Of a stretch of DNA of 64,000 nt, positions 1 to 12,135 are shown one piece after another. Under the pieces are notes generated by a model. The model had not been told where the DNA came from and ran no database searches. It saw only the letters and a list, made by a program, of their open reading frames with translations. The position numbers were made by a program, and so were the translations under genes. Every line of letters begins with the position of its first letter. The first letter of the stretch is position 1. Source of the stretch: Takakia lepidozioides (lineage: Eukaryota > Plantae > Bryophyta); contig CM060732.1 of NCBI GenBank assembly GCA_030704615.1, positions 57,164,001 to 57,228,000 on the forward strand, given 5' to 3'.

Positions 1-430
1 GCAGCTCATCCACGCTTTTTAGCTGCTCGTAACCGACGTGAGTCTATCTTCTTCCCCTAATTGTAGCTGTCTTTTTTATCCACTTTCAGATGTATGATAA
101 ATAACATGACATTGATCACTAAGCAAACTGACTCACATCAAAAACCAGTGAGATGTGACTTAGACTCTGAATATGTCTAGTCCAATTGAAATAGCATAAT
201 CGACAGTCTATGCATAGAATATATGTAAAATCATGCATTATATCACTTTGGATGTCCCACATGTTTGGATCGTTGGCATAGCAATAAAAGTACGAATATT
301 GTACAGCCCACCATGATGGGTAAAATCGGCTCTATATCTTGGAAATAGGACCGCTCTGTCAAACAGGCTAAGTCCTGGCAGAAGAGAGTAGAAGAGATTC
401 TCATGGATCTGAATTTGGATCCGGCGCATG

Positions 431-659
431 AAGTTAGACAGAAAACTTCCCTTCACTTGTTTCCAGTCTGACTTAGAGGCTGTAGTGTCCAAAGCCATGT
501 CTGTTGCCATTAAATTGTCTGATGAAAATGAGTTAGGCAGAAAACTTCCCTTCACTAGTTTTCAGTCTGACTTAGAGGCTGTAGTGTCCAAAGCCATGTG
601 TGTTGCCATGAAGTTGTCTGATGAAAATGAAGTTAAGCATAACACTTCCCTTCACTTGC
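431..659. repeat. Tandem repeat, ~99-bp unit, ~2.3 copies
   Basis: Unit GTTAGRCAGAAAACTTCCCTTCACT...TCTGATGAAAATGA starts at 433 and 532, with a partial copy at 632. Confidence 0.9.
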
Positions 660-1751
660 AATTGGGCGGTAGAGATACGAAGTTCTTGCATCTACAGCTG
701 AAGACTCTGCAATGTGACGACCATTTCCGCAAATGTGCCTTCCATGTTAACTAACTAATGAACAAACTTTAGTCTCGCCAAACTATCAAGGACGAGAACA
801 TAACAGATCACAAACAAGATATCAAACTAGAGGTACAAGACTAGACAAAAAGTCAAGGTCGGCGTGGCCGAATGCATGGTGGGTAAACATGACAAGATGA
901 TCTTTATAACAATGGACAAGAGTACAAGATACTGGAACTCGACTCGAATATTGGAATGTTGGAAACTTGACTAGAGTATCAGATACTGTTCGACACTTGA
1001 CATGGAGGTTATTTTTGATAGACCAAACCACATATGTGGTAATTGCACATATGTTAGATGTTTTGCAAATAGATGGTAGCATTCCAAAGATGCCAAAAAA
1101 TGGCCGTAGCTACAATTTCTCAATGTTTGGAACAAAGGCCTTATGGCGTTATGAAAACTATTGTAGCCATGAAACGCCTAGAGAAAGAACTTGATGATAT
1201 ACTCATCAGACCACAATCGATTTTCCTACCCATTAGTAACTGAATGACTCCACATAACTACACTTGGTTTCATAAGTGTTAATTTCACAAATCTTATATT
1301 TGTTAAATGTTATCTTCTGTAAATGTTAATGTGTTTCAATTAGCCCCTTCATAACTGTTAATGTGTTAACCTTGTCTAAATGTTAATTTTTTCCTACTCC
1401 CCACTGTTAACATTTATCCAGGGCAGACTGGAGTCTGTTCCTTGTTTGTCCTGGTTCATAATTATCCAGCTCCCATGTGTTGTTGGACTGATCTTGTATT
1501 TTGGTTGGCTGAATCTTAGATGTCTCTTCGACTTATGCAATATTTCCTTCATGTGGGTTGTCCTAGTCATTTTCCAGCACACTCTCCATTCTTCCTTCCA
1601 CATTTCTTCTCTTTGCAAGTTGTCCAATCTTGACAAAAGCCTAGTTCTCCTTGCCTTGCTGGTTTTGCCTTGCTTTCTTTTTGCTCTTTGCCAATAAACT
1701 ACAAATCATCATCCATAGTACTCACTTGCTTAAGGGCTTCCTCCCCTTTTC

Positions 1752-2016
1752 ATTTATTTTTATTTTTTTGTTTTTATTTTTTGTGTAAAATATATCAGTC
1801 AAAGCTTTCGCCAGCGTGGAGTACAATACTCACAAAATCGCTAGAGGCAACCTGAGAGCGACAGACTGGCACAATTCAGGCCCTTGAGGATGTGGAAAAA
1901 TAACCCCCTTTCATTTATGGGCCATGGAGACACACAGGACGAACAACGCCCAGACAGAAAGCCTCCACACACAGGGCAGGGCAGCAGGTTTGAACCCCGA
2001 ACCACCAAGGTGACAC
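1752..2016 (-). mobile_element. Second, 5'-truncated copy of the same SINE
   Basis: 1869-2016 aligns with 2057-2208 including the B box, lacks the A box, has a longer 3' body and an A-rich tail at ~1752-1782. Confidence 0.7.
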
Positions 2017-2238
2017 TTTTTTTTTTTTTCAAAAGGAAACCTGGGAACGACACCCAACAATTCAGGTCCTTGAGGGGGAAAGATTAACCCCCTTTCATTT
2101 ATGGGCCATGGAGACCTAGAGGACGAACAACGCCAAGACATACCATCACGAACAATCCCACACACAGGGCAGGGCAGCGGGTTTGAACCCCGAACCACCA
2201 TAGCGACACACTGTGCACTTACCAGCTGAGCTACCAGC
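2017..2238 (-). mobile_element. tRNA-derived SINE with intact head
   Basis: Minus strand begins GCTGGTAGCTCAGCTGG (Pol III A box), has B box GGTTCAAACC (2189-2180), a tRNA-unrelated body and a poly(A) tail near 2017-2029. Confidence 0.8.
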
Positions 2239-3633
2239 GAATGTGCATTTTTTCTTTAAAAAAGAAAAAAAGAAAAAGAAAACTTCTCTGTCAATATAGT
2301 GACTTGACAGCCCAGCCGGGCAGGGGGAAATTTTGGACTAGTGCTCTACCACTGCTAAACCCACGACCGTTCCTGGATTGTGGAGCCGTCCCTCGGGTTA
2401 CGGGAACTTGACATTGAAACAAAAAGTCATATATAGATGTGCACAGTACACTCGTCTCACTTGCCATCACGTTTTTCGGTGTCTGGGCGGCTCCACACAT
2501 GAGAGCCTGTCTCGCTGATGGGATTTGCAAGTAAAGGCACCCCTCACACCATCAATGCGGACTTCATTCTTGGACCCAAACCTTACACAAAGGAATGCCA
2601 CTCCATTAATATACCGACCTACACTCATTCTCTTGTGTACCCGTTTGATCCATGGGGCGTGTTTTGCGAGGAACATCAACAGATTCAACACGAATATCCA
2701 TCAACATTTCAAGTATGCAGTTTGCAGCAGTATCAGGGGCTTCATTTTCCCCCTCACGCCAGTAGCTTCTAGATCAGTTTCCTTCAAACACAAAACACAG
2801 AAATTAAAGAGATCTGTTGCCGGTGGGCTCTCGCATATTTATGACGGTGATGACAACATTTTTGGTTTTACTTAATTTGTGAGAGTTCGGAACACAACAC
2901 TCGTCTCCTTTTCGATCTTAAAAAACTAATCAGTCTACTTTAAAAACAGTCAATCACAATCTTGTCTTCTACCTAGAGTGGTCATCGTGTGGAAGGTTTG
3001 GCATTTTAGTTGCGGAAACGCAGCAGCTCCTGATCGTTACATTAACTTCCAGGTGGATGCAGAGTTCTGCCTGTGCGGCGATCAGAATATCATCACGTAC
3101 TAAACCACAGTACGTTGGCAGTACCTCATCGCCGGACTGTGTGCATGATTGCAGTCAAGAGCAAACTTCCGAAGGAAACACGTGTGTTCGAATCCTCTTA
3201 GGCACCTACGTCATTCTTTCAGAACAGAAAGTAGGTGATATCAGCGAACTTCCAGGAGAGTTGTGATTCTCAGTAACGGCCAAATCTTCTATCTTCTCCC
3301 CCATGGTAACACTTTAGATGCATAAAGTAATTCGTACATAGGCATGCACGATTTCGAGTTCCAGGCTCCAACCCTTCAAAAATCCCTCACCGCCAATAGA
3401 CAAAAATTAATGATCAGTCTGAGACACGCACTTCGATCCATGCAAGTACGGGTCTTTCGTGTTTCACACAGAACACCATTAAGCATTTCAACCTTTGATT
3501 AGCAAATGGTCAAAATTTGACGGGTCCGCCCGCGACAAGATATCGAAGAACGTTCAAGACTACCAGCACAATATGATAATCACAGCTGCAGCTGCTACAT
3601 CTTACAGGTGAACGAACTTGCATTTAACTAAGA

Positions 3634-5955
3634 CTAATAGTTTATTTGAAGGAATTCGGGTGCAGTCTTCACTGGAAGTTGGTCGATGCAATCATTCCAG
3701 GGGCTGTGTTTGGGGCGGTCGACAGAGCGTAGAGCCCTCCACACAGCACTGTTGCATTTGAACCCCGAACCGAAAGCAATCTGCCATAGGCGGTCTCCCT
3801 TGTGGACTCTGCCCTTGGCCTCTGTGTAGGCAAGCTCGTACCACGGTGAGCTGCTCGACGTGTTGCCAAACCTGCCCCATATACAGAATGGTTGTAATAA
3901 ACACATCAGCAATTGTGACAAAGGTTTGGGGAATAAATTACTGAAAACCGATGCGTTCTACATCAACTACACTGGCTACACAATCTCCGCGTCTGAAGCT
4001 GTCGTGCGCCCTACCAAGAAATTTTCATGAACTTTCCAAGAATTTTTAACAATTCTCATTTCGTGACAGCAAAGAGGGTCATGACTCTCATGTGCGCAAA
4101 ATCAAGGACTGAAATTCTCTACTTTTAACCGCCTCAGGCTCTTTGACCCAATTTTCGTCCATAACTAGGGTGCAGTTTAAGCGATACCTGTAAAGAGTCA
4201 TGCGCGAGGGCTCCATGTGCCACTCGCTGAGCTGCAGATTCTTCTCCATCTCGTCCAACACTGCACGCCCTCCAGCATGAATACAAAAATGCTCAAACGC
4301 AAGCTTGAAATCAGGGATGTACGGCTTGTTCTTCATTTTGAGGACCTTGCGACACACCAAGCTCACCAAGAAGAGCAGCTGCTCAGAGAATGGGAGAACC
4401 AAGGGCCCCAGTGTAGTGATATTTGTTTTGAGTGCCTCTCCAGCAACGCTCATGAGGTCCCGCGAGAGCGACACTCCAACCACTCCTTTCTCGTCCTCTT
4501 CCTGTAGCACCCACATCGTGGAATCCAAATGATATGAGTGAAAAGGTGGCGAAAGCCCATATCCAGTGTGTCAAAAGCTGTCATGAAGTCTACTGCCAAG
4601 TAACCACATGTATGACATCGGTTTTCCGGGTCTGCAAGCGACGTCTAGTACGAAGTTCATCTACACCGCTGCGGCTAAGACCTAGATTCAGGTGACCTGC
4701 TATCGGATCCGAAGCAGTACTAGCACTAAGCATCCAGAAAACCTTAAACCATGTAGTATCATTCAACAGTTTTTAAATTATCCATAGTTTCTAGAATTTA
4801 ACGCACATAGGCGACTGCAGAACGGAAAAAAAAAGTGGTGTGGAGTCACAGCTATCATAAAAAGAAGCTGTCACACTCAAAACCAAGGAAACTAGCTAGG
4901 AGATCCGCATGGCACACCTCAAATACAGATTGGTAGCACTTGTCGTCGGCGCCTTTATGGGTCCTGACTGTGTGCATCAACTCGTATTTCCCGCGCCAGC
5001 TGTCGCCCATTTTATTTGAAAGCAGGATTGCAGCACCCCCCATCCGAAAGAGGCAGTTTGTCACCAGCTTCGGTCGATCATTGCCGAAGTAGGGCGACGC
5101 CGTCATAATCTCCTGGCTCAAGACAAGCGCATAGGAGTTTCGATGAACCTGAAGGAGGTCCTTAGCCAAATCCACGGCTATGAGGCTGGCACTACACCCC
5201 ATGCCTCCCAAGTTAATGCTTTTGATGTCCCCTCGCATTTTGTAGTGATTTACAACCATTGCGGAGAGAGAAGGGGTCGGACTGAACAGGCTGGCGTTAA
5301 CAACAAGCACACGAATCTCTTTGGGATTCACACCTGTCTTCGCCAACAACTCGTCTACAGCGCCAAATATCACCGTTTCCGCCTCCACCCGAGCTCCTTT
5401 CATGCTGGGCATGGGCGGGGATTTTCCGATCGCCTCAGGAATATGAGTTTCATCCCCCATTCCTGACTTCTCCAGAATCTTCCTCTGAAACTCCAAACTT
5501 TCCTCAGAGTAACGACCAGACTGTGTGGCGATATCAAGTAGTTGCTGCTTGGAAACTTGTCTCTTCGTATCCGGTTTGTAGCATGCGAAATCGATCAGAT
5601 AGACTCGCCGAGGACGGCACAAGAAGTATAGGGTCATCCCACAAACCAGGGCTGCTGAACAGACCAATACACTGACGAGATTGTATTGCAGTTGCTGCCA
5701 TAGGAGCTGTAGGGTGTCTCTGTGCCCGAGTCTCCCGAACTCAACAACAGTCACCATAAGGAAAGGGATGACCAACATAAACAATGCATGTTGGGTGAAA
5801 GAGTGATATCCTCGGATCACGTACTTCAGCTTCACAGACTGTAAAAAATCTGGTAGCCGTTGCTGGATTTTAATTGCGAAGGCGCCGGGACCTCCAGCAG
5901 AAATATCACAGGCGGATTTCACATCCCTCGAAGCCTCATACCTCTTCTCACCCAT
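3634..5955 (-). CDS. KCS: 3-ketoacyl-CoA synthase (FAE1/KCS family), 3 exons, ~529 aa
   Basis: Exons 5955-4918, 4501-4188 and 3871-3634 join in frame via GT-AG introns (1590 nt). Motifs [23 protein letters not shown] (catalytic Cys), [32 protein letters not shown]; N-terminal TM helices. Confidence 0.96.
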
Positions 5956-7879
5956 TGCCTGCCTCGCAGAGCACAATCTGGAAAGGCGAGTGAACTGATT
6001 TTGCGAGAGCCCTCAGCTGGGTTTGCCCGATTTGAGAGAGCTAAAGCTACTTCGATGCCCGCTGGAAGCAAGACCCCAAAAGACGAATCACCTAGAGAAA
6101 ACGATGTTGCAGAGTAGTATCCCCAGTACAGTCTCTCCAGTCGTAATTTCTTTTAAAGCAAGCAACGGGCATATACAATGATGTACCTGCAGTTGGATAG
6201 AGGTTGTGGGCTGGAGAGTAAAAAGGAATAGCTCTCGACCTTCTCAGCTGAACTGATTAACAACTGTAACAGACCAAGCTAAGCTACACAAACGAGTCGG
6301 ACTCACTCGCACCTCTATATCACTGTAGTCCAGCAGCGATCTCTTCCATCAACTACGCTTCTCTCTTTCGAGCATGGGCAGAAACGAGTAGTAGCTGTGA
6401 AAGAGTTACAAAAGTCGGCGTAAACTCTCTACTGATGAAAGACGGAGAGAGATAGAGGGAGCTATGTAGAGAATCAGATCCGATCAACTTGAGTATAGAT
6501 AGGTCTAGTACGTGACGGCTTTAATAAGTAGTACTCGGGTTGGAAGTAAACCATCCTGGAACCACGGTCACTGCGATGCCGACCTTGAGCTGAACTGTAG
6601 TTAATAAAAATTGCCAGTGACTGTAGTACTTACTTTTTTTGTTTGAAGTAGTTACTGTGTTTTTGGGCCAAAAACTGAGGCAAATGTTATTTCTTCGTAC
6701 TGGCAATACTTAATACTTGTCATCTTAATTATAACTTGTAACGTAATTTTCGTCCAAATGAACAAATGAGGCCAACTTATGAGTTCATCACACTTCCAAC
6801 TGTCCCTACTTTTAAGTATATTGAGAAACATGTAAATTTTGCCTATACACATACATATAAAGACCGCGAGCGGAAGGCCGTAGTTCTTTTGGGTCAAGAG
6901 AATCGAGACACCATATTTTACGCTTCTTATTAGGTGGTATGTGCCCATTATCACTGGCCTACAACTTGGTGATCACAAAGGTGTCCACCTTCCCGTTGGG
7001 CAGTAGCCCTTCCAGGTCAAGAGACACCATAATTTATAATTCCTTGGGGAGGCATCATATATATATATATATTGCACTTCCTTGAGGACCGCCATTACCT
7101 TCCTTTCTTTCTAATAAAGACCAACATTTACTAAACATATATGTATATGACCAGAGCGATCAAAGTTAGCATAAATAAGAGCCTCTTCCCTTTGCGGGTA
7201 GGCTGCCTCTTCTTTGGGGGCTACCGGGGGGCTGGCGCAATGCTGATAGTTATAATCAATATATGTTGTAATTGATATATGAGACAATGTTTTACCATGT
7301 GAGGACGAATGGCAGCACCAGCCCACTTTCTAGAATGGCTTTCAGTTATCCAAATAAATAATAGCCGACGGTCCTCATCCGGTGGGTTGTCCTTGTATGA
7401 ACATAATAGATGCCACATAACAATCCGACTATAGGGCCTCCACGGCCACCAAGATTATGTGATAACATAGAAGTGATTCAATATGATCGATGAACAGTTG
7501 CTCCAGATAACGGAGGACTCATTTAGAGCTCCTGCGATGACTAAGAAGAGACAGGACCTTGCCTTGGTATGGTAATTTTCAAATTGCGTTCATCCATCCT
7601 CATGCTCTAGTTCTCAGAAATGATTACAGCGTTCCCTTCTCCAACCCATGATTCGAGGTCTAGTCCTCATACAGGCAATAAAATAGGGGGTGATCATTCC
7701 ACAGCAGCAAAGCTTAACTTGGGAAAAATTAAACTATATCACATGGCCCAAGGCATGTAGCGATTATGATAGAAATGATAATCAATGAATAAGAATGATT
7801 GTTGCCATAACTTTGACTTTAAACATGGCATATTACCAAGGTTAAATTCGCTATTATATCATTTTAAGAATTTTTAAAT

Positions 7880-7930
7880 CGAGTTTTTATCTATATAAAA
7901 CAGGGGACAGTCACTGCCAGGCCCTGGAGG
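7880..7930 (-). mobile_element. LINE 3'-end motif copy
   Basis: Reverse complement TCCAGGGCC...TGTCCCCTGTT plus A-rich tail matches the 3' terminus of the LINE at 58275-59437. Confidence 0.55.
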
Positions 7931-8169
7931 GAAAATTAAAACCCCTAAAAAAGCACCATATATGATATAGTTTATAGTTACCACAGAATAATATCGAGAC
8001 GCATCTTTTTTGTCTTTTGAACTTTTTCTCTTACACATTTTCGTAGTGCGGAGAATAACAACCGGCTAGACGTGTATGGCTCCTCTTTGCAAATAGTGAA
8101 ATCTACTTTCATCCATAATAAACCTGAAAATTCATCCATTTATTTTTCATAAATTGTTCAATATGAAAG

Positions 8170-9800
8170 ATGCTATCTGAGGGAGGTATTACCTTGAGAA
8201 GCAAAGGAGTTGAGGTAACGCCTGGGGAAGGCACAACAGGGGCTTACTGATTTTTGACACTGGTGCGTATAGAGGAGCCAATAAATATCATGATAACAAA
8301 TTCGGTACCATGGCTGACCTAGAAACTTTTGTATATTTGAAGATAAAAAAACTCTTGAATTGTGCATTGCTTGGAGGCGTACTGCGATCCACTAAATCCC
8401 AATAATCTGGAAAATTTCAAAAAACACAAATCAGCTGTTATGTTTCACAACATTTAGAAAGAACTGTGGAAACAGAGAATATCAAAGACTGTTTGAAAAT
8501 TGCTGATCTGGAACTGAATGTTTTTGTGCATGTTCTTTGGGGTTTTGTAAGCAAATATTCATAATCTTCTCATCAACAAATTAATTTATTGCCCATCATT
8601 GAGAATACGTTCATTAAATTGTTAACCTACATTTCTCTTCCTCTTTGAACAGTTTGGAAACAAAAACAAAAATCAGCTTAAGGCATAGTTGCTCCTCAAA
8701 TACCAATGACATGTGTGGACTGAACAAATTTCTCATGCACTGAGTGAAATCTCTGAAGAAGATCAGTCATGTCACGTTGATTGGATGAGTCACCAAGAGT
8801 TTGCACTGTACTTCTAATATTCGCCCTTGTCATATTTCTTTCTTTCTCAAACTTAACCTGCGAAATATGCTAGAGGAATGAAACCTCCAACCTCCAAGAA
8901 TAACTTACCTTCTGTGCCAAAGCCCATAGTAGTGTTAATGAGTGATCAATTTACTATCTCCACTCATTTTAATTTATCAAGGAAAATCCAATGGAAATAC
9001 AAGAGGTAAACCTAAGTTTAATATTAATCGTAGCTGATGATGTACATTGTCTTTTGGCAACAACCTTGCTGTCTTTTAGAGGATGTATGTTATATTATGT
9101 AGAGAGAGTGCACTGTCTCATCCGATCCAACCAATCTTATCATCAGTAGCAAATGAAATGGGCTTGCATGAAAAAACTTCCACAAACAATTGGTGTATGT
9201 TGCTTAATCATGGAAGAGTAACTCTTTTGGGTTGTAAGAACCCAGTTTATTTTTTAAAAATGATCAAGTTTTAGGGTTTTTTTTAGGTTGAATGTCAGCT
9301 TTCAGACACACATGCAATGATTTACGACTTTGTGAGGGACCACAACAAAGAACTTGATAGGAATCACATACTTGATCATGTGTTCACCGTACAGCAAAAC
9401 AGCAGCCACAAATCAATCTCAGGCATCCCAATACAAAGAATATGGAGGGGTGTTAGCTTTTCTCTTTCCTTCATCTCCAAAACCGTGGCATGTAGGCTGA
9501 GACTGATTCAGCATGGAGGCAGGTGAAATTTGAACAAAGATCCAACACATTTGTAACATTTCATATATTGGGTAGGAAGAAGCATAGTTGACAAAGCTTA
9601 ATATGATCTTAGCAAGATGTAAGCCCATCAAGGCAGAAGAAGTTGAGCATGTAATGAATGAAGTAATGATCCAATGACCAATAGAAGAAACTATATATTG
9701 ATTCATCCCGACAATGAAAAACCCAAATGCTGAATGAATGATGTAGCCTGGTCTATATCATGGAATAAGATATTGTTCATCACTATTTCCAAAATTGAAA
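8170..9800 (-). mobile_element. Highly degraded retroelement-like (possibly LINE ORF2) remnant
   Basis: Stop-riddled coding-like stretch upstream of the LINE tail at ~7900 on the same strand; no diagnostic motif recovered. Confidence 0.25.
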
Positions 9801-11035
9801 ATTAAGTTCAATACCCTACCCAAGTTAGTATGGTACTATGGAAACAAAACAGAAGGCAGCGGAGATTCCCCTTAGTTCTGGCCTTCCCCAGTTGCAGGGT
9901 CAACCGGCGCCACAAGAAAAATTGAGACTCCAAGTTCAGAGCGGACCGGGCACACTTGAACTTGGAGAAACTGCCTTAAAATGTTGAAGTGGAACTATTG
10001 CTTTTGCTGTTACAGTCTACCCTCTATGAGTGTTCCCTCCATAATGTTAACCCTCTTTGTTTGAAGATACCGTACCCTACTACTTTACAAAGGCTGTGTT
10101 ATTTGTTTTCTGTTTAGGCAGTCATACTCCCTCCCTTATAAGTGGCCCTCAATAACTGTTATTTTACTCAAAACTAGCTTAAATTATGTAAGGAGTAGCT
10201 ACCTAGTTGGGAGCAACTGTGTCTAACTAGTACCCATCTTGGGGGACTCTTGATACTTAACTTAATAGCTTATTATCTCAACCTGAGGGGACCATTCAAC
10301 ATGTTTTGTCCAATATTCAAGTGTTATTAGAACGACAAGGCGACGATGTGACCACATTGATTAGAAAAATATATATCATTACAGAAAGGGTACATGAAGA
10401 GTAGTGACAAATAAGAATCTTATGAGACTATGGAGACAAGGTTCCGGGTGGTTTCCGACATCACGATGGTAATTAACCTCATGGCCTTGTGTCATGCTTA
10501 TGTTTTCCCACAACTTCTCATTCTCCGCCTTTTAAAAAAGAAACCCCTTTTATTCTCTAAATAAACCAGAATGCTGTACGTGAGAATAACTAAAACGTAT
10601 GCAAATTGTATGAAAATTTCTGATATTGCACTTACTCAGAGGTAGTACTTAGAAGTACCTCTAAAAATGCGACTGCTGCCCTTCACTTGCATAACGACCT
10701 TCACTTTTAGAGTCGTGTACGATATATTAATTGAATTTAAACATGTCCGAGTCACTTATTATCAGGCCTCTAGAGTACAGTTGATCAACTCATAACTCAT
10801 CGTCTTTAAGTGGACTGCACCCCCATGTCATCTCCACAGACTCAACGCCCACAAACCAATGAAGCAGCTGCTCCTTCAAACCAAATTCAATGGCGTCCAT
10901 AGTCCTTGCTGCATTCGTGGAAAATGTGGAGAGCAACTCTTTATTGTCCCGAAGTACCCAAAGGGAATTTTCTTTGTTTTGTGAAACTTGAAGATTATTG
11001 TCTGAAAGAATGTCAATTACAAAACTAAATTGGTG

Positions 11036-11078
11036 GGTCGTCCCCTGTTCTAAAAAAATAAAAAATAAAAATAAAAAT
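11036..11078 (+). mobile_element. LINE 3'-end motif with poly(A)-like tail
   Basis: TCCCCTGTTCT at 11041 followed by AAAAAAATAAAAAATAAAAATAAAAA. Confidence 0.55.
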
Positions 11079-11939
11079 CTGTAAAATGAGGTGAACAAAA
11101 GAGGGAAATAAGTTAAGTGAGGTGCGTACAGAGAATCAGATCCGTTAATCTAGTGAGTAAGTAGCAGAAATGATGCCGTAACTAAATAGCGACCTGAAAT
11201 CATGCTGAAGATCTGAACACGTCACCAGCCCAAATTATGCTGCTCTGTTCACACTGCCCTAAACTAGCAACACTGCTAATCACTGGGAGTTCATCCCACA
11301 AATTAGCACACTAAGAATCAATGTATGCCGGCAAACCGGCCGGCAGACCCAGCAATCCGAGGGTCAATAACTGTTTTCTTCGTTTGCTTGATTTTTTATG
11401 TCTGAGTTCGTTGATGTAATTTAGAAAAAAATCGATTAAAAGCTAGGTTATGTATGGTATTAGGGCTGTAGCCTGGCACCGAGTGCCGACTCGCCGCTTG
11501 GTTCCATAGATAACAGAGGGGAGTACCTACAGGGAGTTGAACCCCGGCACGATCCTGGCCGTCATTCCTGCCGGGTCGTGCGTTCAGTCAGGAGGTGGGT
11601 CCCATCAACGTTGACCCATTACTGCCCGTCATCCATTCCGTTAGTACATTCATTAGGTCAGATAGTAGCCCAAACCTGCCAGGGTTACGTTAAACTCAAC
11701 TAATCCGTTTAATTATTTTGCTGACATACAAGTACATGCGGCTTAGGCGGTGCCGTCCGTCACTGCCCCCAGAACGGACGGTCGACGGTGACGGACGACT
11801 ATAAAAGAGCGCGCAGACAGCAAAGAGCCAACCCTTTCCCAGTATATGTCCGAACGCCGCCCTTCAGACCCGACAACGACGGGGAATGATCACCACCTTG
11901 AGTGCAGAATGACCGTACAGTACCACAAGCTAAGGTACT

Positions 11940-12135
11940 CTAGTCTATGGCTTTCTTCTCTCAGCACTCTCACTTCTTCCTTGTTCTTCTCATTTTCTTC
12001 TCTTCTGTTTCTGGCTCGGAGTGGAACCTCAATCATCTCCCTTATGGCTCTCGGCAAGGTTATTTTTTTCCTTACTCTTTTTTAATAAAACTTCCAGGGC
12101 CACTGTCCCCTGTTCTTGGAAATAAATAAATAGAT
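11940..12135 (+). mobile_element. 5'-truncated LINE 3' end
   Basis: CTCGGCAAGGTTATTTTTTTCC...TCCAGGGCCACTGTCCCCTGTTCT plus AAATAAATAAA aligns with the reverse complement of 58280-58380. Confidence 0.65.

Noticed and set aside
428-754. 108-aa ORF with an internal peptide repeat
   Set aside because: By-product of the 99-bp tandem repeat; no recognisable domain.
2165-2238. tRNA gene
   Set aside because: A and B boxes are present, but there is no clear cloverleaf and it continues into a repeated body with poly(A); better explained as a SINE.
6468-6482. 15-mer AGAGAATCAGATCCG repeated at 11130-11144
   Set aside because: Flanking similarity is weak; cannot tell a duplicated promoter scrap from chance.
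9982-10301. Solo LTR (TGTTGAA...TTCAACA); similar ends at ~31562-32397
   Set aside because: No target-site duplication at either locus and only short terminal similarity.
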